A stretch of DNA of 32,000 nucleotides from Saccharolobus solfataricus. Its GTDB lineage: Archaea > Thermoproteota > Thermoprotei_A > Sulfolobales > Sulfolobaceae. Every line of letters starts with the position of its first letter. Position 1 is the first letter of the stretch. The DNA is taken from contig NZ_LT549890.1 in the NCBI RefSeq assembly GCF_900079115.1, positions 2,430,001 through 2,462,000 of the forward strand, in the 5' to 3' direction. Position numbers and translations under genes: made by a program. Shown here piece after piece: positions 1 to 8,661 of the stretch. A model generated the notes under the pieces. The model saw nothing but the letters and a program-made list of their open reading frames with translations. It had not been told where the DNA came from and did no database searches.

Positions 1-194
1 TCTATTCTGGAATAGTCTTCTACGCTTTAGGATTTCCAGTATACATGTTTACTGCCTTATTTGCCTTATCGAGAACTTTAGGTTGGTTAGCACATATAAT
101 AGAATATGTAGAGGAACAGCACAGACTTATTAGACCAAGAGCCTTATATGTTGGACCAGAATATCAAGAGTATGTTTCTATAGATAAACGATAA
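1..194 (+). CDS. gltA: citrate synthase, C-terminal fragment (gene begins upstream of the window)
   Basis: The frame starting at nt 3 reads YSGIVFYALGFPVYMFTALFALSRTLGWLAHIIEYVEEQHRLIRPRALYVGPEYQEYVSIDKR, then TAA at 192-194. This matches the conserved C-terminal region of Sulfolobus-type citrate synthase as I remember it. A T-tract follows. Confidence 0.85.
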   Translation, partial: YSGIVFYALGFPVYMFTALFALSRTLGWLAHIIEYVEEQHRLIRPRALYVGPEYQEYVSIDKR

Positions 195-197
195 GTC

Positions 198-211
198 TTT
201 TTTATTCTTTT
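198..211 (+). terminator. T-tract (T6 then T4) archaeal-type terminator after gltA
   Basis: The sequence tttttt a ttc tttt lies directly after the TAA. Archaeal RNA polymerase terminates at oligo-T. Confidence 0.4.
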
Positions 212-228
212 CTCTAAAATATACATAG

Positions 229-600
229 ATGCCTTTAATAGTAGGTCTAATAGGTTCTGTTATAGCCTTTATAGTAGCGTGGATAGTGGTTTCAATACCC
301 ACGTGGATAGCTGGAAAAATAGTTACACCAAGAACTGCCACGTTTGGTAGAGCAATGTTGGCAACGTTAATTGGAGTAATAGTTTATGCAATTTTCACTG
401 CATTATTCTCACTTATATCTCCAATAATTGGAGTAATAATAGGATTTATAGCATTTCTAGGAGTATACAAGGTAGTCTTTAACACTGGCTGGTTACAAGC
501 GTTAGGTATAGCAATTTTAGCAATAATAGTTGCATTCATAATACTATTTATCCTAGGGCTAATAGGGATTGCATTGCCTCATTTAGGTCCTTTCAAGTAG
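229..600 (+). CDS. small integral membrane protein (about 4 TM helices), function unknown
   Basis: A 123-aa ORF that is almost entirely hydrophobic (IVGLIGSVIAFIVAWIVV, LATLIGVIVYAIFTALF, IIGVIIGFIAFLGV, ILAIIVAFIILFILGLIGI). No family was recognised. Confidence 0.6.
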   Translation: MPLIVGLIGSVIAFIVAWIVVSIPTWIAGKIVTPRTATFGRAMLATLIGVIVYAIFTALFSLISPIIGVIIGFIAFLGVYKVVFNTGWLQALGIAILAIIVAFIILFILGLIGIALPHLGPFK

Positions 601-1094
601 AACTCAAAGTAATTTTTTCTTTTTAGTTCAAAAGGAAATCTTTTAGATACCAGGTAAATAATCCCATCATCAGCTCTTATTTCCTCTGCGTATCCTAAAT
701 CGTAAGCCATAGCAGCCATTGCACACAATGCAGCATCCACATAATCCTTAATTTCATGTAAGTCTTTCCAATTCAAACCTACAATCTTCATGGAAGATGT
801 TGGATGAGTCTCAATTACATTATATAATTTTTCCTTCAATTGGATAGCCCTTTGCACGAGGGTTTTCATGAAGGATGGAGGCAATACCCTCAGTTTTCTT
901 TTTATCATTTCCTTATCTACATTTCTAAAACCGTTGTGATAAGAAAGAGGAGAATCTATGGCAGTAATTTTCGCTACCTTACAACTTTCAATAATTTCCT
1001 CGTTTGTTACTAGTTCGATGATTTTTATCTCGTTGTCTATGAGTATTGCTACTGCAGTCTTTCTTCTTACTGCCAGATCGATTCCACAATACAT
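579..1094 (-). CDS. DUF429-like predicted nuclease (RNase H-like fold)
   Basis: A 171-aa ORF with N-terminal MYCGIDLA, then AIDSPLSY, and a C-terminal DAALCAMAA. This is the pattern I associate with DUF429/COG2410 proteins. It overlaps the previous gene by 22 nt in convergent orientation. Confidence 0.6.
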   Translation of the reverse strand: MYCGIDLAVRRKTAVAILIDNEIKIIELVTNEEIIESCKVAKITAIDSPLSYHNGFRNVDKEMIKRKLRVLPPSFMKTLVQRAIQLKEKLYNVIETHPTSSMKIVGLNWKDLHEIKDYVDAALCAMAAMAYDLGYAEEIRADDGIIYLVSKRFPFELKRKNYFEFYLKGPK

Positions 1095-1099
1095 ATTTA
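1092..1099 (+). promoter_or_regulatory. TATA-like box for tpiA, inside a 27-bp divergent intergenic region
   Basis: The sequence atatttat is centred about 26 nt upstream of the GTG at 1122. The start codon of the divergent gene (1092-1094) overlaps it. Confidence 0.35.
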
Positions 1100-1121
1100 T
1101 TTCCCTTATTATCTTCTTATT

Positions 1122-1805
1122 GTGAAACCTCCTATTATTATAATAAACTTTAAGGCATACGAGAACTCGTTTGGTGATAAAGCAGTAAATTTAGGTAAAA
1201 AAATAGAAAAAATAAGTAAAGAGTACTCAGTTGAAATCATATTGTCAACACCAGCCACCATGATATATAGAATGTCTCAGGAAGTAGATTTACCAATTTA
1301 TGCTGAACATGTAGACCCAGTACCTTTAGGAGCATTTACTGGAGCGATATTACCAGAAATGGTAAAAGATGCAGGTGCTAAGGGTACTTTAATAAATCAC
1401 AGTGAGAGACGTCTAAGAGCTGATGAAATAGATGATGTGCTAAAAAGGACCAAAAAATTAGGTTTAAAGAGTATATTATGTGTTGACAGATATGAATTGG
1501 TATATCCCTTTAGTTTGCTGAAACCTGACGCAATTTTAATAGAGCCCCCAGAATTGATAGGAACTGGTGTCTCAGTTTCGAAGGCTAAACCTGAGGTAAT
1601 AACTAGAGCTGTAGATGAGATAAGAAAGTCCGAGGGAATATATCTAATAGCAGGGGCTGGAATTACTACTGGTGAGGATGTTTATAAGGCGTTGAAGCTT
1701 GGAGCTCATGGAATAGGTGTAGCAAGTGCTGTTATGAAGGCTAAAGAGCCTGAAAAGGTTGTTGAGGACTTTATTACAAGTGCATTGAGGGCGATCTCTT
1801 CGTAG
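1122..1805 (+). CDS. tpiA: triosephosphate isomerase (short archaeal type)
   Basis: 227 aa with a GTG start. [25 protein letters not shown] and GAGI..GEDV are the archaeal TIM signatures. Confidence 0.93.
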   Translation: MKPPIIIINFKAYENSFGDKAVNLGKKIEKISKEYSVEIILSTPATMIYRMSQEVDLPIYAEHVDPVPLGAFTGAILPEMVKDAGAKGTLINHSERRLRADEIDDVLKRTKKLGLKSILCVDRYELVYPFSLLKPDAILIEPPELIGTGVSVSKAKPEVITRAVDEIRKSEGIYLIAGAGITTGEDVYKALKLGAHGIGVASAVMKAKEPEKVVEDFITSALRAISS

Positions 1806-2145
1806 CTATTTTCAATAGGTATATGTAAAGTTCTGGAAAATTATTTTTACAAATGTCCTTTATTTCATTGTTCTCAAATCTAATTAACGAGAAATATACG
1901 TAAAGATATATTGCTGCAGAAAACAGAGCGCAGTCTTTTATTTCCATGCACAATCCTTCCAATCTTATTACGTTTATTAGCAAGCTCTTATCAATTAGTT
2001 TCATCAATCTACTTCCGTCAAAGTCCGAATAGTATCTAACATCCAACTCCAATTCTTTATCATAGTTTTCTTTTACAAATTGCCTAATTTTATTTAAATA
2101 ATATCTCATAGAGTTTATATATTGGTGATTCTTTTCCATACTCAT
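1774..2145 (-). CDS. hypothetical protein; possibly the 3' fragment of a disrupted gene (see findings)
   Basis: A 123-aa ORF with no recognisable family. It overlaps the upstream ORF by 56 nt in the +1 frame and overlaps the tpiA 3' end by 32 nt. Confidence 0.4.
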   Translation of the reverse strand: MSMEKNHQYINSMRYYLNKIRQFVKENYDKELELDVRYYSDFDGSRLMKLIDKSLLINVIRLEGLCMEIKDCALFSAAIYLYVYFSLIRFENNEIKDICKNNFPELYIYLLKIATKRSPSMHL

Positions 2146-2470
2146 TTCTAATTATTTCCTCCATTCTTTTTGTTCCAACTAAGCTGTATAAGGATGACAA
2201 AAGAAGAAATGCTGACACTATTTCACTTTGACCTGAAGCCTCATTTGCTATTTCATCATACTTTAACACATTTATGATTACTTTATTATCTTTATAAGTT
2301 GCGAGTCCATCTATATTTTCCAATACTATTTCTGTAATATTTTTTCCTATACCATATCTATTAAGGAGCGCATTTAACGTATCTTTAACACAAGACGTAT
2401 CTTTACAACCTATCATTATTCTTAACCAACTTGTGATATCACTCTCTATGTTTATAACTTTTCCTTTCAA
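2090..2470 (-). CDS. hypothetical protein; possibly the middle fragment of a disrupted gene
   Basis: A 126-aa ORF whose only available start is TTG at 2470. The same frame continues upstream through a single TAG (2477-2479) into a 33-codon hydrophobic segment. Confidence 0.45.
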   Translation of the reverse strand: MKGKVINIESDITSWLRIMIGCKDTSCVKDTLNALLNRYGIGKNITEIVLENIDGLATYKDNKVIINVLKYDEIANEASGQSEIVSAFLLLSSLYSLVGTKRMEEIIRNEYGKESPIYKLYEILFK

Positions 2471-2639
2471 ACTAGACTAATGGCTCCTCATTGCCATAAT
2501 TATCGCTATAATACTTAAAATAATACCTAAAATCGATAAGGAGATTGCAATATAAGATATAAGTTGAACCTTATTCACTACATAAAAATTAGGTACTTTA
2601 CTTAAAAATGCTTTCCTTTAGTATTATTGTTTAGTAAAG

Positions 2640-2910
2640 AGGAGGGTTTAGACTTCATAGGATTTCACGATATTTAATATCAATCCTCAGCTCTTGGACT
2701 TCACTGAAGTCATGGACAAACCTATATAGAACACCGCACATCTTTAGCATTTTCAGCACTAGCTCGTCGGGGTATTTGCCCCATTGGCTAGCGCTTCACT
2801 GTGAGAAGCTATCATGAAAAGCATATAAACTTTACAGTTTGTCTGAACTGATGACAGAAGAAAGGCAAGCCTCGCCCCTTCTAGAGGCAGGGAGGGGTCA
2901 GAATGGCGTT
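2640..2910 (+). ncRNA. candidate structured non-coding RNA of unknown class (strand tentative)
   Basis: No ORF longer than about 20 codons on either strand. Stacked hairpins are present: 2659-2687 (AGGAUU/AAUCCU plus GAUAU/AUAUC), 2697-2711, 2759-2791 (CUAGC/GCUAG plus GGGG/CCCC), 2793-2809 and 2875-2897. The last has two G-U pairs that become C-A mismatches on the minus strand, which hints at the plus strand. Confidence 0.3.
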
Positions 2911-2977
2911 GAGTAAGATAATGCCCTTAACTAAGGGGTTTAGTAAATTTTATATTCTTAAAATACTATTGCATTCT

Positions 2978-3427
2978 GTGACCTACTGGTTAGTACCAAT
3001 ACAAGAGGACATGTGGGACGTAATTAGAGATAAAGGAATATATGGATACAAAGAAAACCTAGAGGAGTTCATAAAAGAAGGTGACTACATTATTATATAC
3101 GTTAGTAAGTACTATGCGAAACGATATGGAGGAAAGATTGTCGGTATCGTAAAAGTGCTTTCAAACTGGTATGAGGATCAGACGCCAATATATCCAGAGG
3201 AGACAGTGAGAAATAAAGGAATATACATTTATAGGGTTAAAGTTGAGCCTGTGGTAATTGGAGAGTGTGATATGAAAAAAATTTTAGATAAGATTAGATT
3301 TATTGAAGATAAGGGACAAATAGCTAAATACCTTAGAAATGCTCCAGCAAACCTCAAGAGACCTATCCCAGAAAGTGATGCTAAAATAGTAGAAGAGTGT
3401 CTTAAGGAATCACTGCTCAATATCTAA
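2978..3427 (+). CDS. EVE/PUA-like domain protein (UPF0310 family)
   Basis: The tracked ORF starts at 2903. However, an in-frame GTG at 2978 gives TYWLVPIQEDMWDVIRDKGIYGY, the usual N-terminus of UPF0310/EVE proteins, and a TATA-like tttatattcttaaaat sits about 25 nt upstream. The 25 extra codons look like run-in. Confidence 0.85.
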   Translation: MTYWLVPIQEDMWDVIRDKGIYGYKENLEEFIKEGDYIIIYVSKYYAKRYGGKIVGIVKVLSNWYEDQTPIYPEETVRNKGIYIYRVKVEPVVIGECDMKKILDKIRFIEDKGQIAKYLRNAPANLKRPIPESDAKIVEECLKESLLNI

Positions 3428-3773
3428 CATGGTTGCTTACTTCTTCTAATAACGTCTTTATAGATTCATAAAGTCTAGATACTAAAGTGTTAACTAGTAT
3501 TTTGTAGATGAAGAATATTGCGTACCTTATGTTTATAATTAAGAGCAATCTTTTAGCTAATTTCTGTTGGTATTGAATCGCTCTTCTCAATCTCTTATCT
3601 AATATATTATTCTTTATATCTCTTACGAAGTTCAATAGTTCTTTTAATCCTTCTTTTAATGTTTTTAAATTTCTAGAGTTAAGTTTAGTTATAATATTTT
3701 GATAAGTTCTTTTAATAATCTCGTATTGTAGTATGTCATTAAATGTAATATTGTTACCACTTACATCAGTCAT
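3417..3773 (-). CDS. hypothetical helical/coiled-coil protein
   Basis: A 118-aa ORF with a TTTTTAAGATAA-type TATA about 28 nt upstream of the ATG. No family was recognised. Confidence 0.5.
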   Translation of the reverse strand: MTDVSGNNITFNDILQYEIIKRTYQNIITKLNSRNLKTLKEGLKELLNFVRDIKNNILDKRLRRAIQYQQKLAKRLLLIINIRYAIFFIYKILVNTLVSRLYESIKTLLEEVSNHVRY

Positions 3774-3811
3774 ATTTATAATATTTAGTGGTATTATCTT
3801 AAAAACTGGGA

Positions 3812-3862
3812 GTGATGATATTTTCGGGGATTTAGATTGATGATATACTTTCAGCGGGCTGA
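3812..3862 (+). ncRNA. candidate C/D-box sRNA
   Basis: GUGAUGA (3812-3818), UGAUGA (3838-3843) and CUGA (3859-3862) fall within 51 nt of an intergenic gap. A possible D' box, UAGA, lies at 3833-3836. The spacers are 14-15 nt rather than the canonical 12, and there is no terminal stem. Confidence 0.3.
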
Positions 3863-5005
3863 GAATAGAACCTCTTCAACTGCCTTTACTCCTTCACCAA
3901 ACCTTATAGGTTCACCTAATTTCCTTAGGGTTCTCTCAATGACACTTATTGCAATTATCGCATCGTTGGGCGTTACCCAGCCCATATGACCTATTCTGAA
4001 ATATTTAAATGCAGGATGGACTCCAGGTGCAAATTCTACCCCCTCATTAACGGTCCCCGCGAGAACCTTTTGTGGGTCCGCAACCTTTAGGATTACTCCA
4101 GTTACAGTATTACTATAAGACTCTGGTCTTCTGGCTACTATCTCTAATCCTAAAGCTTCTAAGCCAGCCCTAATTGCGCTAGCTACCATTGTGTGTCTTT
4201 TTATTCTATTTTCTATACCTTCTTTCTCTATCAGTCTAAAGGCTTCGGCTAATTGTAAAATTACATGAACTGGAGGAGTAGCAAAATAAGCAGCCTTACC
4301 TTCTTCAGCCCCTCTCATAACTGGTAGCCAATTTCTTAAATCCAGATAATACCCGGCGATTGAATTTTGGGAATCCAATATTGATAAAGCCTTAGGAGAA
4401 AGTAATAGCAAGCCTAAACCAGCTGCCGAACCCAATGCCTTTTGACTGGCTGTCAGATAAACGTCGACATTCCATTCTTCAGCCTTAACTTCCTCAGCCC
4501 CAACGCTTGAAACACCGTCTACCACTATCAGCTCTACGTATTTTCTTATTTTATTTATCACATCCTTTACTGGCTCTCTAACTCCGGTGCTAGTCTCTAC
4601 GTGAGTCAAGGCAACTAACTTATACTCACTCTTCCTAACTTCTTCCTCAACCTCCCCTGGTTTAACGTAATCGCCAGGAGAAGGTCTTAATACCTTTACA
4701 TTAACTGGATATCTCTTGAATATTTGCTCCCATCTATCACCAAAAACTCCATTCGAAACTACTAGTATTTTATCATTAGGTTTGAGCAATGATGTAACAC
4801 TTTCCATAGCAGATGTTCCACCTCCAGGGATTATTAATGGCTGATAGTTCTTACTTGCACCCATTACATATCTTAATCCCTTTAGCGAATATGCCAGTGC
4901 TTCTACGAATTCTTTAGAAGTAAAGCCAACGTTATTTTCAAGCCCCGCAACTAAAACATCTTCCTTGATAGTAGTAGGGCCTACATGAAGTAGCAGTTTA
5001 TCCAT
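3851..5005 (-). CDS. agxT: class V aminotransferase (serine-pyruvate / alanine-glyoxylate aminotransferase type)
   Basis: 384 aa with the GGGT..ME, VDGVSS and TASQKALG (PLP lysine) motifs typical of AGXT/SPT-family enzymes. Confidence 0.9.
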   Translation of the reverse strand: MDKLLLHVGPTTIKEDVLVAGLENNVGFTSKEFVEALAYSLKGLRYVMGASKNYQPLIIPGGGTSAMESVTSLLKPNDKILVVSNGVFGDRWEQIFKRYPVNVKVLRPSPGDYVKPGEVEEEVRKSEYKLVALTHVETSTGVREPVKDVINKIRKYVELIVVDGVSSVGAEEVKAEEWNVDVYLTASQKALGSAAGLGLLLLSPKALSILDSQNSIAGYYLDLRNWLPVMRGAEEGKAAYFATPPVHVILQLAEAFRLIEKEGIENRIKRHTMVASAIRAGLEALGLEIVARRPESYSNTVTGVILKVADPQKVLAGTVNEGVEFAPGVHPAFKYFRIGHMGWVTPNDAIIAISVIERTLRKLGEPIRFGEGVKAVEEVLFSAR

Positions 5006-5019
5006 AAAAGGTAAGTTAG

Positions 5020-5694
5020 TTACACTCCTTTATTTTTTTCTGTAGGAAAAGGAAACCTCTCTAATCTATACGCAGAGTCCCAAAACATGTATTCATATAT
5101 AGATGCAGTTCTAAAATGAATCTTCATCTTGTTAAATTCCTCTTCACTAACTTTCAAGCTATTCACAATATCTAATACTGCTCTAACTCCCTTTTCATAT
5201 TCTTCTCCACCGTACGTTTCTATCCACTTTTGATAATATTTATCTTTAGATCCTTGTTTAAGCAATTCCTTTCCTACCTTCATATATATCCAATAGCAAG
5301 GCAATACTGCAGATATTACCTCATTAAAAGGTCTTGAATAAGCTACTGCAAGCAAGTAAGATGTATAGGCTAGATTAGTTGGGCTCATCTCATAATCTTC
5401 TATATCTAAATTAAATTCCTTTATGTAAAATTTATGTAACGCCTTTTCTACCTTAATGGCATCTTGTATGTGCGTCGTAAACAACAATGTTTGTTCCTCA
5501 TCTTCTGCCTTTGCCGCTAATAAAGCCAATGCCTTAGAGAATTCCCTTAAATACAGATAATCCTGGATTATATAGTACTTGAATTTATCTCTGCTTAGAA
5601 TTCCTTCAACCAATTCAAGAATAAATGGGTGTCTAAGGATTGAAGAATAAATATCCGAAATAAAATTCCATAACTTTTCACTGTTTTCCATCAT
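5020..5694 (-). CDS. tenA: TenA family protein (thiaminase II / aminopyrimidine aminohydrolase)
   Basis: 224 aa. [28 protein letters not shown] and LPCYWIY match the haem-oxygenase-like TenA fold signature. A 14-nt gap separates it from agxT on the same strand. Confidence 0.88.
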   Translation of the reverse strand: MMENSEKLWNFISDIYSSILRHPFILELVEGILSRDKFKYYIIQDYLYLREFSKALALLAAKAEDEEQTLLFTTHIQDAIKVEKALHKFYIKEFNLDIEDYEMSPTNLAYTSYLLAVAYSRPFNEVISAVLPCYWIYMKVGKELLKQGSKDKYYQKWIETYGGEEYEKGVRAVLDIVNSLKVSEEEFNKMKIHFRTASIYEYMFWDSAYRLERFPFPTEKNKGV

Positions 5695-5809
5695 ATAAGG
5701 AAATGAAACATGCCTGTTATTTAAATTTTAAGGCTTACAAGGTATTCTCAGTTAAGTTGAGGAGTTATCAACATATTTATTAAAAATCATCTTTAAATAG
5801 TTAATAAGT

Positions 5810-6520
5810 ATGAGTGCAAAAGACGACATATTAAGGTCCATAAAGAATTCAAAATTAGCAAATGCGTTTATAAAGGTTAATAGGGAGGATTTTTTGCCAC
5901 AATTACTGAAAAAATATGCATATGATCCTAATTATGTAGACAAGCCCTTTTACATAACGCCTAATGTGACGACAACTGCATTAAGTTTAGGCATGTATAT
6001 GCTCGATATTCTTAATTTGGGAGAAACTCAGAAAGTTTTAGAGATAGGTACGGGCATAGGTTATTATACTGCGTTAATGGCTGAAGTTGTTGGCGATAAT
6101 AACGTTATCTCATTAGAAATTGATGATACGATATTTGAATACGCTAAAAATATTCTTCTGCCGAAATATCCGCGAATCAAATTAATTAAGACTGATGGAA
6201 GTCTAGGATATGATAAGGAGGCTCCTTATGATAGGATCATAATATGGGCAGCTGCGCCAACAGTCCCTTGTAAACTGTACGATCAACTTAGGGAGAACGG
6301 TATTATGGTAGTACCGATAGGTAGTGAAAAAGCGCAAGGTCTCTATAGAATTACTAAAATTGGATATGAACCTAAGATAGAAAGACTTGGAGATGTAATA
6401 TTTATGAAAATGAGAGGATTATTTGGATTTTATGAGGATGACGATCCGAATGAGAGGAGAATAAAGAAAATAGAGGAGAAGGTTAATAGATTACTGTCAA
6501 AATTTATGAGCCAGAGCTAG
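5810..6520 (+). CDS. pcm: protein-L-isoaspartate O-methyltransferase
   Basis: 236 aa with the SAM motif VLEIGTGIGYYTALMAEVVG and ITPNVTTTAL, then DRIIIWAAAP..L.ENGIMVVPIG. Confidence 0.9.
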   Translation: MSAKDDILRSIKNSKLANAFIKVNREDFLPQLLKKYAYDPNYVDKPFYITPNVTTTALSLGMYMLDILNLGETQKVLEIGTGIGYYTALMAEVVGDNNVISLEIDDTIFEYAKNILLPKYPRIKLIKTDGSLGYDKEAPYDRIIIWAAAPTVPCKLYDQLRENGIMVVPIGSEKAQGLYRITKIGYEPKIERLGDVIFMKMRGLFGFYEDDDPNERRIKKIEEKVNRLLSKFMSQS

Positions 6521-6573
6521 CTTGCAAGGTTAGATTAAAGGTTAATAATAAGGTGGTAAATTTATATTACATA

Positions 6574-7302
6574 ATGCTCTTGAATGTTAGAAACCTTACA
6601 GTGAGATATGGTTCTTTTATCGCAGTTAATTCATTAAACTTCTCCGTTAACTCAGAAGTTTATTGCCTTTTAGGACCTAATGGTGCTGGGAAAAGTAGCA
6701 CTTTAAAGGCTATAATGGATATGGTTCCTTTTGAGGGAAACATAGAAATCTTAGGGAAAAGTAATAAGGAGAAATTTGTGAAAAATTATGTTGGTTATGT
6801 ACCCGAACAGCCGGCTCTCTATGAATACATGACACCGTCTGAGATAATAAGTTTCGTCGCAAGTTTAAGAGGTATCAACGATCTAAACAGAATAAATGCG
6901 TTAGTTAAGGCATTTTCGTTAGAGATGTTTATGAATACACCTATAGCTTCCTTATCTATGGGTAATAGACAAAAGGTTTCCATACTATTGTCTTTAATTC
7001 ACGAGCCCAAATTACTAATTCTTGACGAACCTTTTAACGCATTAGATGTCCTATCAGTTAAAGTTCTTAAAGAGCTAATCCAGAGTCACGTTAAGAATGG
7101 AGGTGGAGTACTGTTCTCTACCCACATAATGGAGGTTGCAGAAAAAATATGTAATAGAATAGGTATAATGAATAAAGGAATTATGGTAATGGAAACTTCC
7201 TCAGATAACATTAGAGAAGCTGGAAGATCGCTTGAAGATGTTTTCCTCTCCGTTACTGGATTAGACGAGACTATAAAGGATATACTAAAGGGATTGGAAT
7301 GA
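6574..7302 (+). CDS. ABC transporter ATP-binding protein (ABC-2 exporter type)
   Basis: Walker A GPNGAGKSS, signature LSMGNRQK, Walker B LLILDEP, H-loop STH. I prefer the ATG at 6574 (MLLNVRNLTVRYG) with the TATA-like ttaataataa about 28 nt upstream. The tracked GTG at 6553 sits inside a GGTGG. Confidence 0.9.
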   Translation: MLLNVRNLTVRYGSFIAVNSLNFSVNSEVYCLLGPNGAGKSSTLKAIMDMVPFEGNIEILGKSNKEKFVKNYVGYVPEQPALYEYMTPSEIISFVASLRGINDLNRINALVKAFSLEMFMNTPIASLSMGNRQKVSILLSLIHEPKLLILDEPFNALDVLSVKVLKELIQSHVKNGGGVLFSTHIMEVAEKICNRIGIMNKGIMVMETSSDNIREAGRSLEDVFLSVTGLDETIKDILKGLE

Positions 7303-8660
7303 GCAACGTCAAGATTCACGATGTAGTTTATAAGCAAATAATCTATTTAATGTACACAAGTAGATCTTTCGGCTTATCACCAAAGCCTGATGCAATAAGT
7401 AAAATCAGAAGGAATGCAGTTACAATTAAGATAAGTAATATTATTGCATATACTATAGCCACAATAGTTTCGGCATCTATTTCACTAATAAATAAAGATG
7501 CCCCTTTTTCCTTTATATTTCTAGATTTAATTATACTTGCCAATATTTTCACTACTGGATTAAATGTAATTTTCTTTGTTACAAACTATGATTTAAAAAC
7601 TTTCTTATTATCGCTTCCTCTATCTGAAAGAGATGTGAATAGAGCCGTATTTAGGGGTATATTTGAATTTTTCTACTACGGCTTTCTAGCATCAATAGTA
7701 ATCGCTCCTATTTCCACTTACATGATAACGTCATCTGTTTTACAAGCCCTCATGGCTGAACTTGAAATAATATTTTTCTTTTCACTATCATTCGCGTTAG
7801 TAATGCTATTGGGAAAGAGAATAAGATTAGGAATAACTTCTGCACTATTTAGAATAGGAACATCACTGATTTGGATAGTATTTATAATGCTACCTTATGG
7901 TCTTACCTTCAAATATGTCACCATCCCCACTTATATCCTACCAATCTTTCCCTTTGGTTTCTTGAATATTGAAGGTCTTTTGATCTCCTTACTATACACG
8001 GGTCTTTCCGTATTCTTTGCCTATAAACAATCCTTAAAATTCTTATCGTTTAGACTTAATTCTCAATATTCAACAAAATATAGTATAAAGTTACGATCTC
8101 CACTAATAACATATCTTTATAAAGATATTAGGGGTCTTCTTAGGGTTCCTCAAGCCAGCTTCCTACTAACAATACCTGTATTTGCTCTTATTTTCTCATT
8201 TTTTGCACCCGTTTATGCCATCTTTTATACAATCTTTATGATAACGACATCCTCTATAATGCTGATATTACTTGAGGCTTCTGGAATGCAACTATTACTA
8301 TCTCTACCAGCAGGGTTAAGGAGTTCCTATATTTCAAAACTATTAATTATTTTGATAATCTATCTGATAGATGTGCTAATCTTCTCATTTTTTAATCGAG
8401 CCTCGTTGAGCCTAATTATGTTACCATCAACAATTACCAGTGTTGAACTAAGTCTTTTCATATCTTACAATAACGTTATTAAGGGAAAAGGAATGAGGCT
8501 TGCGGATCCCCTATCGTTTATAATAAGGGAAATAGAAATAAACTCAATCATAGGTATTGCTTCCATTCTAACATTCTTTGCTAATATATACTATTCTCTA
8601 CTTTTCTCAGTTCTTTCACTAATCATGATAAATATAGTGGTATATAAAAAAATAAAGTAG
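7299..8660 (+). CDS. polytopic membrane protein, putative permease partner of the ABC ATPase
   Basis: 453 aa with at least 10 hydrophobic segments. Its ATG overlaps the ATPase TGA (ATGA at 7299-7302), which suggests translational coupling. Confidence 0.75.
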   Translation: MSNVKIHDVVYKQIIYLMYTSRSFGLSPKPDAISKIRRNAVTIKISNIIAYTIATIVSASISLINKDAPFSFIFLDLIILANIFTTGLNVIFFVTNYDLKTFLLSLPLSERDVNRAVFRGIFEFFYYGFLASIVIAPISTYMITSSVLQALMAELEIIFFFSLSFALVMLLGKRIRLGITSALFRIGTSLIWIVFIMLPYGLTFKYVTIPTYILPIFPFGFLNIEGLLISLLYTGLSVFFAYKQSLKFLSFRLNSQYSTKYSIKLRSPLITYLYKDIRGLLRVPQASFLLTIPVFALIFSFFAPVYAIFYTIFMITTSSIMLILLEASGMQLLLSLPAGLRSSYISKLLIILIIYLIDVLIFSFFNRASLSLIMLPSTITSVELSLFISYNNVIKGKGMRLADPLSFIIREIEINSIIGIASILTFFANIYYSLLFSVLSLIMINIVVYKKIK

Positions 8661-8661
8661 C

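Noticed and set aside
144-341. 65-aa minus-strand ORF spanning the gltA stop, its terminator and the start of the membrane-protein gene
   Set aside because: It overlaps two better-supported plus-strand genes and a T-tract, and it has low-complexity hydrophobic content typical of antisense shadow ORFs.
2640-2910. SRP (7S) RNA or tRNA assignment for this structured segment (SRP RNA was also considered for 17347-17700)
   Set aside because: Neither strand of either region has the helix-8 GGAA tetraloop/AGCA motif or Alu-domain features. There is no T-loop GTTCRANYC and no cloverleaf spacing.
2629-2947. 10-nt direct repeat GTTTAGTAAA (2629-2638 and 2938-2947) flanking the hairpin-rich segment, considered as the target-site duplication of a roughly 300-bp MITE
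   Set aside because: I found no terminal inverted repeats inside the direct repeats. A 10-nt AT-rich match within 300 bp is close to chance expectation. I cannot test copy number without the genome.
2903-2977. 25-codon N-terminal extension of the EVE-domain ORF (MALSKIMPLTKGFSKFYILKILLHS)
   Set aside because: The extension contains the gene's own TATA-like box. The conserved family N-terminus starts at the in-frame GTG at 2978.
3229-3420. 63-aa minus-strand ORF
   Set aside because: It lies entirely inside the well-supported EVE-domain gene on the opposite strand, so it is a shadow ORF.
7086-7552. Two minus-strand ORFs (83 aa and 69 aa)
   Set aside because: They are antisense to the ABC ATPase and permease genes, have no promoter or RBS features, and have shadow-ORF composition.
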